Source of the DNA: Octopus bimaculoides
Taxonomy: Eukaryota
NCBI RefSeq assembly: GCF_001194135.2
Contig: NC_068986.1
Coordinates: 101,267,779 to 101,317,874, forward strand
Reading direction: 5' to 3'
Length of the DNA: 50,096 bases
Each line of letters starts with the position of its first letter. Position 1 is the first letter of the stretch. The notes under the pieces were generated by a model. The model was not told where the DNA came from. It saw only the letters and a list, made by a program, of their open reading frames with translations, and did not search any database. Positions 25,270 to 37,118 of this stretch are shown one piece after another. The position numbers were made by a program, and so were the translations under genes.

Positions 25270-25484
25270 TCTTTACTCTCTTTTACTCTTTTACTTGTTT
25301 CAGTCATTTGACTGTGGCCATACTGGAGCACCACCTTTTAGTCGAGCTAATCGAACCTTGGACTTATTCTTTGTAAACTTAGTACTTATTCTATCTGTCT
25401 CTTTAGCCGAACGGCTAAGTTACGGGGACGTAAACACACCAGCATCGGTTGCCAAGCGATGTTGGGGGAACAAACACAGACACA

Positions 25485-25523
<39 letters not shown>
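25262..25523 (-). mobile_element. SINE family C, 3' half with (TTTACTC)n tail and internal (CA)n
   Basis: TTTACTCTTTTACTTGTTTCAGTCATTTGACTGTGGCCATACTGGAGCACC...GCCGAACGGCTAAGTTACGGGGACGTAAACACACCAGCATCGGTTG, homologous to 14515-14675 and 48093-48330. Confidence 0.85.
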
Positions 25524-25535
<12 letters not shown>

Positions 25536-25971
25536 CCATACTGTGCTCGTATACATCAAACAGTTTCCTGCAAGAAAGCGTATACGAAATAAAATAAGTT
25601 TAAATTCTATGAACAACTCATACCATTTATACACACACACGCACACGCACACATGGGCACACAAACACACACGCGTATATACATAAACACGTAGACACAC
25701 ACGTGTTTTCATTTTCCTTTGAGTGTATGATGCTCTCTTCTTAATGTCTCCATTTCTCTCTGTCACTCAAGCTTTTACTCCTCACCGAGTACTCTTGCTT
25801 TTCATGTAGTCACACATACTCAGAGCATGTGAAGACTATCGAATCAACTTCTAATTGTGGCATTAAATCCGAAACCCTTAAATATGGGGAATGCAATATG
25901 TTGCTGGAACCTAGTTGTGTCCTTGAATTAATGGGAAACAAGCACCAATTATTTATAATTTATATTATATA

Positions 25972-26184
25972 ATTTTCTACTCTAGTCACAAAGCCCGACA
26001 TTTTGGGGGAGTAGACCAATCGTTTAGATCGACCCCTGTACGCAACTAGTACTTAAATTATCGACCCCGAAAACATGAAATGCAATTTCGACCTCGGTGG
26101 AATTTGAACTCAGAACGTAAAGACAGACGAAATACTGCTAAGCGTTTCGCCCGTCGTGCTAACGATTCTGCCAGCTCACCACCC
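25972..26184 (-). mobile_element. SINE family A (tail type 1), full length
   Basis: The reverse strand begins GGGTGGTGAGCTGGCAGAATCGTTAGCACG (A-box) and contains GAGTTCAAATTCC (B-box). Confidence 0.9.
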
Positions 26185-26199
26185 TATTTGTAATCTACA

Positions 26200-26412
26200 T
26201 TTTTTCTACTCTACTCACAAAGCCCGTAATTTTGGGTGAGGGGGCAGTTGTTTCGATCGACCCCAGGACGCAACCCGTACTTAAATTATCAACCCCGAAA
26301 GGATAAAATTTAAAGTCGACCTCGGTGGAATTTGAACTCAGTACGTAAAGACAGACGAAATACCGCGAAGCATTTCGCCCGGCGTGCTAACGATTCTACC
26401 AGCTCGCCGACC
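26200..26412 (-). mobile_element. SINE family A (tail type 1), full length, tandem with previous copy
   Basis: Same structure as 25972-26184, separated by about 15 nt. Confidence 0.9.
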
Positions 26413-26442
26413 TATTTATAATTTATATTATATAAGCAAAGA

Positions 26443-26745
26443 TGTTGCATTATGGTATGTAGCTTACTTCTCAACCACATGGCTCCGGGTTCAGTCCCAC
26501 TGCATCTGGACTTGATAGACGGACACTGAAATAAGTCAGTCGTATATGCACATAGGAATGTTTGTGTGTATGTGTGTGCTTGTGTGTGTGTGATGGACGG
26601 GCCTCTCCACACCTTGAGAACCAGCCTTGGTTCGTTCACCGCGTATTGTAGCGGTTCGGCAAAATTTATCTATCAAATAGTTTCTATGCTTAAAAGGTTA
26701 AATATTAGATTTGATTTGTTCGACTAGAACTTGCAAAGCCAAAGT
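26443..26745 (+). mobile_element. SINE family C, degenerate near-full-length copy
   Basis: tRNA-like head with B-box CCGGGTTCAGTCCCA, an internal (TG)n, then TAGCGGTTCGGCAAAA...GATTTGTTCGACTA, complementary to 25340-25425. Confidence 0.7.
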
Positions 26746-27053
26746 GCATTCCGTGGACTGAACGAATTTATAGATACAATTACAACGCCTATATTTGCAA
26801 CGCATAGACACAGAAACACACACACAAATTCACAGATACAGAGACACATACACACTCTCACGCAGACACACAATCGTACATGCGCACTCGTACACCAACA
26901 AATCCAATAAATTTAAAAACTGACTAATACTACCGTAACGAAGTATTTAACTTATCGTTTGAGGATGAATGATATCTTCGTAAATGCAAAGCTATTCTAC
27001 TTCCCACAGATACCAATGTCTAATTGCCTGAGCATATATATATATATATACTA

Positions 27054-27314
27054 GGGTGGAATAAAAATAGAACATTGTAGAAATTGAAAATGCCTGAGGG
27101 CTAAACTGTTGCTATATGTAATTCCTACAAAAATGCTAAATTGTTGGTGCAATTAATTGAGAGTATTTACTCTCTCACGTCCCTTACACTCCGAAAATGA
27201 GGGATTTCAGAATTTTTTTTTTAAGTTTGCACTTTTCTAGTTCAAACATATAGCAAGATTTTAGGCACGAGGTATCTCCGTTTCCACAATTTTTTTTTCA
27301 TTTACATTCCATCC
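27054..27314. mobile_element. MITE with ~90-bp TIRs, TA-flanked
   Basis: TA|GGGTGGAATAAAAATAGAACATTGTAGAAA ... TTCCACAATTTTTTTTCATTTACATTCCATCC|TA. The internal arms are also complementary (TTGCTATATGT / ACATATAGCAA). Confidence 0.8.
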
Positions 27315-27359
27315 TAATGCACATGTATGTATGTGCGGGTATATAGATTGTGTAATCTA

Positions 27360-27673
27360 GGCTGGAGTGAAAAAAAAAATGAGGGAATTGAAAGTTCCTG
27401 AGGACTAAAATATTGCTCTATATAATTACTAGAAAAATGCGAAATTACAGTTTAGACCAGCCAAGGACGTTTACTCCCTCAAACACCCCAAACTCCGCTA
27501 CTGTAAAAAAATTTACAAAAATCTCCTATTTTCGGAGTTTAGTGAGTTTGAGGGAGTAAATGCTCTTGGTTGATCTCAGCGAAAATTTCGCATTTTTTCT
27601 AGTAATCAAACACAGCAACACTTTCATTCTCAGACATTTTCAATTTCCACAATCTTTTCTTTTCACTCCAACC
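27360..27673. mobile_element. Second MITE of the same family with ~140-bp TIRs, TA-flanked
   Basis: TA|GGCTGGAGTGAAAA...TTACTAGAAAAATGCGAAATT...TTTACTCCCTCAAAC versus GTTTGAGGGAGTAAA...AATTTCGCATTTTTTCTAGTAA...TTTTCACTCCAACC|TA. Confidence 0.85.
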
Positions 27674-28729
27674 TAATATATACATGTCCCCCCTCTTTTA
27701 TACGTATTGCTAAATGTTGTCTTTGAGTGCGTATGTTTGTGAATGTGTCAATAACCTTGATACGTGTGTGAGTGCACGTGCTAGTTGAGTTAGTTTAAAT
27801 TCCTCTCTTTCCCTCTATCATTTTATTACACATGTATTTTTCTTCTTTCAACAGCGTATACATTTGCTTATATCACAGAAAAAAAAAAATTAATTGCTTA
27901 TACCCCTGTAATATAATAGATACTTATCGGTAACAAATATCACTTCTATGTCGATGAGAATAGGAATCGTTTCTACACAGGTTTTATTAATTGGGAATTA
28001 AACAACACGTCGCTGTTTCATCGCAGTTTGAAAAACAATTTACCAATTATATCTGAAAGGAAAACGATAAAAATTACAGTTCATTTTGCCGGGTCACTAA
28101 CGGCATGACAATTATCTGTCTACATCTTTCCGTCTCTCATTTTTCGTTTCCTCTAAATCGGTACCTGACGTGTTCTTCAGAACTTATTAATATCTGAAAG
28201 AGAATTATATTTGTACTATTTATTGTTTGCGTTGTCTTTGCGTTACTGGATACCTTGTGAGTGTTCTCCCAATACAGAACATAGTACGCTGTTGTAATAC
28301 CGTTATTTGACATTAATCATTATATTTTTGTATACAGATATACTCTGATTACACTGTAGTGTATGCATAGGCGAGAGTAACGGGAATAGAATGTAGATAG
28401 GTATCATCACGTAGAGAGTTGTTTGTATTCATTCGAAAGAGGTTTGCTGCTTCATATATTAATAATTACGATAAATTGAAACTCACACTGCCGAGAATAA
28501 ACAATGTAACACACTCCACTATAACTTATTTTGTCGTGATAAATTAGAAATAACGGAAAATTATCGATGGTAATTTTTGAAAATATAAACCAAAATAACA
28601 ACCTGTAACAGAAATGGGAAATGGACATAAATAGTGGTCGTTGTTTGATTACATATATTAAAAGTAACACACCAATATTTATAATCAGAAAAGGTCACCT
28701 GTTTCGAATCCATTCTAATGTAAAGGCTG

Positions 28730-28787
28730 ACAAAATGCTGCTAAGCATTTTGTCCGGCATGTGGGTGATTCTGCCAGCTTAATGGCT
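28730..28787 (-). mobile_element. SINE family A head fragment
   Basis: AAATGCTGCTAAGCATTTTGTCCGGCATG...GATTCTGCCAGCT matches the family A 5' end. Confidence 0.65.
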
Positions 28788-28855
<68 letters not shown>

Positions 28856-28931
28856 AAGAAGAAGAAGAAGAAGAAGAAGAAGAAGAAGAAGAAGAAGAAG
28901 AAGAAGAAGAAGAAGAAGAAGAAGAAGAAGA
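28788..28931. repeat. (TAA)n-(GAA)n compound microsatellite
   Basis: Direct inspection. Confidence 0.95.
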
Positions 28932-29483
28932 AATGCCCGGATGCAGTACCAGGCAGTGGCCCTCATGGCTTCTGATCTTAATTGATTGGTAGTGTTATCA
29001 TGTACATTGTTTTGTCTTGATATAAAATATGGGCTACAGCAAATATTCTGCTCAATACCACAGAATTGCTTGTCAGTTGTTTTGACCTTAACCAGTTGAG
29101 CATGTCCCTTGGTGGCTGACGATATGTGCATCTCTAATCATGAGCAGAAGTAGTGGGGGAGCATCATAGCCATGTGTCGAGAGGAATTCTTTGGGCTTTG
29201 AATAATTCACCTTAAACATCCTTAACAAACATCCTTAAACAAACTTTATTCAGAGACCTTTTGAGTGGGATGGGCTACTCGACCTGAAGAAAATTCTAAC
29301 TGGGCCCACCTGCAAGGTCATGCGCTGTTTGTCTTGATATGAGATCACCATGTCGCGCATGCGTGGTTGTGATGCATGTGCCTGGTGTACCCTTATAGGA
29401 CGGGTAGTCATGATGGGTATATTGGGCTTCGTATAGTTTACTCCAGTGTCACTTTGATGGTATGCACTGCTTTCTCACTCAAT
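28932..29483 (+). mobile_element. Family B non-coding element, most complete copy (~550 bp), followed by (TAA/CAA)n to 29608
   Basis: Reference copy for the three other copies in the window. No long ORF and no clear Pol III A/B box. Confidence 0.9.
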
Positions 29484-29548
29484 AAAAATAATAACAATAA
29501 TAATAATAATAGCAACAACAACAACAACAACAAAACAACAACAACAAC

Positions 29549-29608
<60 letters not shown>

Positions 29609-29804
29609 CTTGTGTATTATTGGTACAAGGCCTAGAGTTTTCGGGGAGGGGACAGTCGATCATATCGACTCCTAACGCTTCAACGGTACTTATTTTATTG
29701 TCCCCGAAAGAATGAAAGGCAATGTTGGCAGAGTTTGAACACAGACGAAATAATACCACTAGGCATTTCAGCCGGGGCGCTAACGAATCTGTCAGCTCAC
29801 TGCC
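29609..29804 (-). mobile_element. SINE family A (tail type 1), diverged
   Basis: CACAAGGCC-like tail, GTCGATCATATCGAC, CCCGAAAGAATGAAAGGCAA and GCTAACGAATCTGTCAGCTCACTGCC. Confidence 0.8.
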
Positions 29805-30331
29805 TAATATATGTATGTAAATAGAACGACATATATAGATACACCCGTACGCACATTCACACACACTCACATACACACACACATATATATATATATATAA
29901 TTTTATACGCTTAAATATATGTACATCATATGTGCGAGAAGCAGTATACGTTGTGTTTTATATCAAAAGTGTATAAGTACATTTGTTTACTCGACTGTTA
30001 GATAGCAACATTTATAACTATACAACTTAGCTCTAGATGTCTTCTTTTATTATTGTTGATTTGATTGTGCACCAGACTGTAATATTTGACATATTCCTTT
30101 CGCCAATTTTATTCTGTTGCTGTCATCACTCACCTTCACCGACTACGCAGGCGTGAAAATAATACGGTATTGATGAAGGGCCTGCAACGTACTTTGGTTA
30201 CTATGATGTCATCTAGAATTATATATTAAATTACATGGAAAAATATATTTCCGAGAAGAAACTGAATTAAGTGATGTCTGAAAGTTGCTAGATAGCCTGT
30301 TTTGTAATTTAGATTGCTTTATTTAAAAAAC

Positions 30332-30374
<43 letters not shown>

Positions 30375-30474
30375 TGTGGATGGATGTATGCAGTGACACA
30401 TGTACACATAGAAACATATGTATATACATGCATATACGTAATCAATATTCTGTTCGGTATATTGTGTGTGTACG

Positions 30475-30569
<95 letters not shown>

Positions 30570-30580
30570 GTGTGTGTGAG
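30332..30580. repeat. (TA)n and (TG)n microsatellite cluster
   Basis: Direct inspection. Confidence 0.9.
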
Positions 30581-33500
30581 TGTGTTTTTGGGTGTGAGCT
30601 CGTGAATGTGTCACTAACACACATTCACGAACACATACAGTCACACCACTCACACACACAATCTACCCACATACACACACAAATATATGCATGCATGAGT
30701 CTATGTATGTACACCTAGTATATGCTTATATTTCTGGCAATCTCTATGCGCATTATGCAAACGACACTATCCTCGGTGCAGACACAGATTCACGCTAAAA
30801 GACATTCACACACACACGCATACATTTATATAATGTAATATCTACTTTGGCTTCCTATTCTAGATTTATAGCCGTTCAACTTTTTGTAGACTTGCGTGCG
30901 TTTGTAAATTAAATATCACCATTTGATTACTGCATAAATTCACTAGCTACCGAGTCAGATATTGCTCCAAAAATCTGCTGGAAGAATCTTATCTTAAATT
31001 AGTTTTACTTGAATTTCTGGTGTTGGCGACCCTATTGACACGGGTCACTAAGTTTATAGTCGATTTCAGATATATTGGTTTTTGTCTTGGATATTTTTGG
31101 AACAGTTATAACGTCCTGCGCAATATCACATTGAGATATTTTCTATTTGTTTTAGGTTATTATCTTTGTAGAATCACGAGGCTTCAAGCTACAAAAGATA
31201 TTACTGTTTTCGCCTTGTCAAATTTATTGTCGGTTGTGATGATAAAGTGCAGCATATCGCAAGTGAACAAATGTCTTGCTTTCTGGACTTGTTGTGTATG
31301 GTACAAGTTCATTCGCTACCAAAGGCACTTGTTCTGGTAGCTTTGATATGTTATTGCAATTAATTATATATCACGTATTACCATATATTAAATTTAAAAT
31401 AGCTGCGACGCTGCTTTCGCTAACACCACAAAGGTATAATTTGTTTTATTTGGACAAAAGTTTAATTTTTCAAATTTGCAACAGTTATACTTCATACAAT
31501 CTGAATACATTTGAATATCAGATACTAAGATATATTAGATGAAAGTTTCTGGATGGTTTTGATGCTTCGAAATCTCCTGTTACATGTGGGTAAAATGTGT
31601 CAATAAAAATCAATAGTTTTGACTATAATGGAAAGGAAACTTCCGTTTTTTAAATAAGAAATAAATATAGAAATTAACATACATTTACTATATGACGTTT
31701 AGAGTGCCATAGCATTTAACTAGCAAAATGTTTTTAAATGTTACATAGCAAGGTATTCACATTTGATAACATTTCTCTACGCTAGCATAATGTTTCTTAC
31801 GCAATATACTAACCACCATAACCACTAGTAAACATTATTGCATTTCTAGTCAATGATTGTCTACTCTCTTCTTTGGCTCGCATGCTGAATTTATGTTTGT
31901 TTCAGAAGATATAATGCCGAATTATATGTGAGGTAATATATTTCATACATTTGCCGAAGTGATGACATAATAGTAACGTAGGTTCTAAATTGGATTTTCC
32001 CCAACATAGAATTATGTTTAATTACCTTCTTTATGACATTAGAGCCAAGTGCCAACAATAACATAACTGTTAAAATTTTAACGGTATTCTGATGTATTTC
32101 TCATTGACCTAGTAATATGGAAAAGCAATATTGATCATCGATCAAACATAACTTTGTAATTTTGGAAACTAATTAAATGATGATTAGTTAAACATTAATG
32201 ACAAAAGAATTTCTTTTCACACTTTATATTAAAATACATATATACACAATACACAAACGCGCGCGCACATACACATACAATACGTTAAATCAAAATACAG
32301 ACTTATTCATATAACTCCGTGTGTGGTGATATGCGATAATATTAAACCTCAATATTTGAATATACAAATATATCTATAAATCAAAGATTAAATATTAGAA
32401 TTTCAACAAAATGAAATTATCATTTCGGCATGATGTATGCAAAAACGCGTGAAGATTAATATCAAAAGAAATGAATCAATTGCACGCATGTCTACTTTTT
32501 ACAAGTTTATCGACTCATATCGACATAAGACACAACAATCAAATGATTCTGTTTTTATTGTCTACACGTTTTAGAATATGAGTCAATTTGATATTCTTAA
32601 TCTATTTGTACGTGAGATATAACTTCTCTACGCATTTTAAAATTTGTAATCTCAATTGTAAAAAGCTGTGTTCGAATATTACTCCATTGAGATGACATTT
32701 ACATCTTCGGAAATCCTAAGAAATGATATCGAGAACTGAGAATGTGTTCCAATTAAGAACCAGTTCATTTTTCGAATCATCTGTTCCGACGTGATATCAA
32801 CCTCTTCATATAAACGTCAAATCAAAATTTTCTTCCCATTTATACAAAGATAAAAACAAGAAATTGGTAACTTTTTATAAACCCTCTCAAAATTTTCTTT
32901 CCATTGTTTCCTTTTCTTTATTGGAAAGAAAACGTTTTAGTACTCGTTTTAGTAACAAGCGATCCCAAACTTTGGAATTTGCTGCTGAAGAACATAAACA
33001 CCATCATCAGCCAAATTCGTGCTTATCTTGCATCTTCATCGACAATCCAAATTATGGATGCGATATCGTTTTATTATTATAAAGATCTGAAGAGATATCA
33101 GGAAAAATATGTCAATTGTTTTCCTGATGCAGTTATACGCACAAAGTACATTCTTTGAGTTTATGCATTATTAGAGATTTCTCCTCTGAAGATAGGAAAA
33201 TGAAAAGTTATCTATTATAGTGCGACAATAAACATATGAATAAGTTGACTACGCAGCAATATAGCATTGCTGATTGCTTTATATTAGAACAACTACTGAG
33301 AAAACTATAGTTTAACCACCTAATGTATTTTCACGTTAAAATGTAATAGTGTTTGTCCTATGAAACATTAAAAAAATCAAGGACGTAAATTTTGCGTATG
33401 TGTAGATAATTGTGTGCGTCTGTTTATGAAAGAGGAAACGCTATTTATATTGAAAAAAGTATGTTGATTATAGCTGTGATGTGTAATTGAAGATTATTCT

Positions 33501-34229
33501 GTTGTAAGAAAGAATAGCGTATCAAGTAAAACGGACTATATTTATATTTATGCATTATTGCCAATAGATTGCTAAAGTACATTGGAATTGTTAATACGTA
33601 TACCAGCTTTTATATTTAAATTCCCAAACAACTAAACGAACATGAACCACACGATAGTTCAAATTAGTGTGGAAAATAATAAAGAAATAACGGAGTGAAT
33701 TTATAGGTTAGGAAATGTTATTTACATATATTATACAGTAATTAAGATTTAGTGATTCATTGGAATAAGAAGATTATATATATATANNNNNNNNNNNNNN
33801 NNNNNNNNNNNNNNNNNNNNNNNNNNNNNNNNNNNNNNNNNNNNNNNNNNNNNNNNNNNNNNNNNNNNNNNNNNNNNNNNNNNNNNNNNNNNNNNNNNNN
33901 NNNNNNNNNNNNNNNNNNNNNNNNNNNNNNNNNNNNNNNNNNNNNNNNNNNNNNNNNNNNNNNNNNNNNNNNNNNNNNNNNNNNNNNNNNNNNNNNNNNN
34001 NNNNNNNNNNNNNNNNNNNNNNNNNNNNNNNNNNNNNNNNNNNNNNNNNNNNNNNNNNNNNNNNNNNNNNATATGTTATAAAAAATATTATACTGAGGTA
34101 TATTCAGGCAAGTTATAATCTATTCATATACCGTAAAAAGTTATAGATATAAATTCTGGTTTTAATAAGTATCTAATTAATTGAGTTTCAAAGTCAGTAT
34201 ATTATTAATGGGAGATATTAAACCAAATG

Positions 34230-35340
34230 CAAGTGATATTAACAATTCCAGAATAATAAATGATATTTATAGAATAAATATTTAGGAGTGTATAATTATT
34301 CAGCCCTTTCATTTAATATTGTTTTTTACAAGTACAAAGAATGTTATAGCGTTCGGATGCACTGAGTTGACAATATTTATCCGGTGAATGGTAAGGTTTT
34401 GCATAACATAATTTTTGTATCTAATTTTAAAATTTATATTACTGTCCATCAATTTCCAGATGATTTTACGTAAACAAGTCGAGGAAAGTTTATCACAGTT
34501 TCTAAAAGAATATTCGTTGTTTGCAACTCAATCCTTAATATAAGATTGAGATGTTCCTGTATGGTAAAAGTATTTACCGCCAGTTTCAACTATAGCTTCG
34601 TATGCTAAATTCTTCTGTAATAACTTTAAAATTTACATTGTTCTTTAAACTCTACAATCGCAACAATTACTCATATTATCGCTAGAAATAACAGGTGGGA
34701 TAGGGTAGTAATCTCCCCTTCATTGTTATTAGGAGATATGAACTCTTGTATGAATGGTATGTTGGTTTCTTTATTATGGGGAAGAATAGGTATACGTTCA
34801 GCATGGAATTTAACTAATTTAGCTGAATTTAGAGAAGATATATATCTAAATATATTACGAGTAACAGGAAAACCATAACGCAAAAATCTGCTGTGTAATA
34901 AATCTCTATATTTGTTTCTATTAGGAGAGAAATGTTTATTTATTAGTCGGTGTACGACGGTCATCCAATTAGATTTTAGGTTTTTAGCGAAGGGCAAAAT
35001 GAGCCAGATGTTTTCTTTATTTTATTATTACCAGAATTTTGATTATGACAGTTTTCCATTTTGGATTTAATATAGGATATATAATTTTTATTTCTTCTTA
35101 CATTGTAAATAGTGTTAAATGCGCTATTATAATAATTTCTGGGTGAACTCATGTTCTTATTGGTCTTGACGGAGGCTAATATATTGTTTATATCTTTGTG
35201 ATTATTGTCATAACTTGCTCTATGTTTAGTATTCTTAGGGTTATAGTATGAATATTTCTATTGTAATTGTCAATATAAGCATTAGCGATGGTCTTCAGGT
35301 CTATCTTGTTTCTACTACGCTATTTATATGTTAGTTCCTT
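34230..35340 (-). mobile_element. Penelope-like retroelement relic: RT C-terminal region, Cys-rich linker and GIY-YIG endonuclease
   Basis: Minus-strand translation NIWLILPFAKNLKSN...LINKHFSPN..KYRDLL...ISSLN, then SNCCDC...NLAYEAIVETGGKYFYHTGTSQSYIKD*VANNEYSFR...STCLRKIIWKLMDSNINFKI / AKPYHSPDKYCQLSASERYNI. This matches the PLE pattern IIWFNPPFSKNVKTN..LIDKHFP / VYxAxV..YIGxT..KxRxxNHxxSFR..TxLSxxIWxL / CxLCxxEK. Confidence 0.85.
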
Positions 35341-35439
35341 TAGCTCAATACATATTTATTGTGTGATCTATAAAATGTGCTATCTGTATTCCTAGCATTA
35401 TTCATATACACACACACACATATATATACATATATATAG

Positions 35440-35762
35440 TGAAGACAGGTGGCTTAGTAGTTAGGGCATTCCGTCCGTGATCGTAAGGTCTTGAGTTCAA
35501 TTCCCGGTGATGCGTTGTGTCCTTGAGCAAGATACTTTATTTCACGTTGCTACACTTCACTTATCTGCAAAAATGGGCAGTACATGTATTTCAAAGGGCC
35601 AGCTTTGTCACACTCTGTGTCTCGTTGATTATACCAGAGAACTACGTTAAAGGTAGACGAGTCTGTGGAGTGGTCAGCGACTTGCAAGTTAATTTCAGGA
35701 GCGAGATGTTCCGTTGATCCTACCAGCTGAGATCCTCGTCGTTGTAACTGACGCAGTGCTCC
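35440..35762 (+). mobile_element. tRNA-derived SINE with central GTCCTTGAGCAAG domain and family D 3' tail
   Basis: A-box TGGCTTAGTAG and B-box GAGTTCAATTCC. Central TGTCCTTGAGCAAGATACTTTATTTCACGTTGC. The tail ACTACGTTAAAGGTA.ACG.GTCTGTGGAGTG.TCAGC.ACTTGCA.GTTAATTTCA is shared with 7500-7620. Confidence 0.85.
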
Positions 35763-35779
35763 TTTATATATATTCATAC

Positions 35780-36000
35780 ATATACAAAAGATGATAAAAG
35801 GTGTAAGTGCAATAAAGATCGAATTGTATAAGGCAAAATATGGAATAAATGTATGCATATAAACGGCGACTGAAAGGTTGGTAACGATCCCTTGCAACGT
35901 TTTAGTCGCCGTTTATATGCATATATTTATTCCACATTTTCTTTTCTTCATACGATTCTATCTATATTGCGTTTGTAGGTTGTATCACCTTTTGCATATT
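35780..36000. repeat. Foldback inverted repeat (~100-bp arms, ~14-nt loop), MITE-like
   Basis: GGAATAAATGTATGCATATAAACGGCGACTGAAAGGTTG versus CAACGTTTTAGTCGCCGTTTATATGCATATATTTATTCC. The outer arms are more diverged but still complementary. Confidence 0.9.
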
Positions 36001-37074
36001 TATATTGTTATTATTTTCCTCATATATATATATATATATANNNNNNNNNNNNNNNNNNNNNNNNNNNNNNNNNNNNNNNNNNNNNNNNNNNNNNNNNNNN
36101 NNNNNNNNNNNNNNNNNNNNNNNNNNNNNNNNNNNNNNNNNNNNNNNNNNNNNNNNNNNNNNNNNNNNNNNNNNNNNNNNTATGTATATATGTATGTATG
36201 GGTGTGTATGCATACATGTATGCATGTATGTATTCTGCATATTCCTGTGTGTGTGTGTGTGTGTGTATGTGTGTGTGGGTGTGTGTGTTGGTGTGTGTGT
36301 GTTTGTGTGTGTACATAAGCACATACACACATATACATATATGCATATACATGAATAAAAGAGAATTTTATAATTTCGGTTTGGTAATAGAAACCGAAGA
36401 AAAATAAATATAGTGCTCAGGTACAAGTGTTCAAGTAAAACTGAGACAAAGAAAATATAATGCACAAACGTCCCAGTTGGTCACACACATTGATAACATA
36501 AATNNNNNNNNNNNNNNNNNNNNNNNNNNNNNNNNNNNNNNNNNNNNNNNNNNNNNNNNNNNNNNNNNNNNNNNNNNNNNNNNNNNNNNNNNNNNNNNNN
36601 NNNNNNNNNNNNNNNNNNNNNNNNNNNNNNNNNNNNNNNNNNNNNNNNNNNNNNNNNNNNNNNNNNNNNNNNNNNNNNNNNNNNNNNNNNNNNNNNNNNN
36701 NNNNNNNNNNNNNNNNNNNNNNNNNNNNNNNNNNNNNNNNNNNNNNNNNNNNNNNNNNNNNNNNNNNNNNNNNNNNNNNNNNNNNNNNNNNNNNNNNNNN
36801 NNNNNNNNNNNNNNNNNNNNNNNNNNNNNNNNNNNNNNNNNNNNNNNNNNNNNNNNNNNNNNNNNNNNNNNNNNNNNNNNNNNNNNNNNNNNNNNNNNNN
36901 NNNNNNNNNNNNNNNNNNNNNNNNNNNNNNNNNNNNNNNNNNNNNNNNNNNNNNNNNNNNNNNNNNNNNNNNNNNNNNNNNNNNNNNNNNNNNNNNNNNN
37001 NNNNNNNNNNNNNNNNNNNNNNNNNNNNNNNNNNNNNNNNNNNNNNNNNNNNNNNNNNNNNNNNNNNNNNNNNN

Positions 37075-37118
<44 letters not shown>

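Noticed and set aside
32864-33158. Overlapping 72-84-aa plus-strand ORFs; likewise 31020-31542 and 39993-40635
   Set aside because: No recognisable motif or consistent splice structure; treated as AT-rich background.
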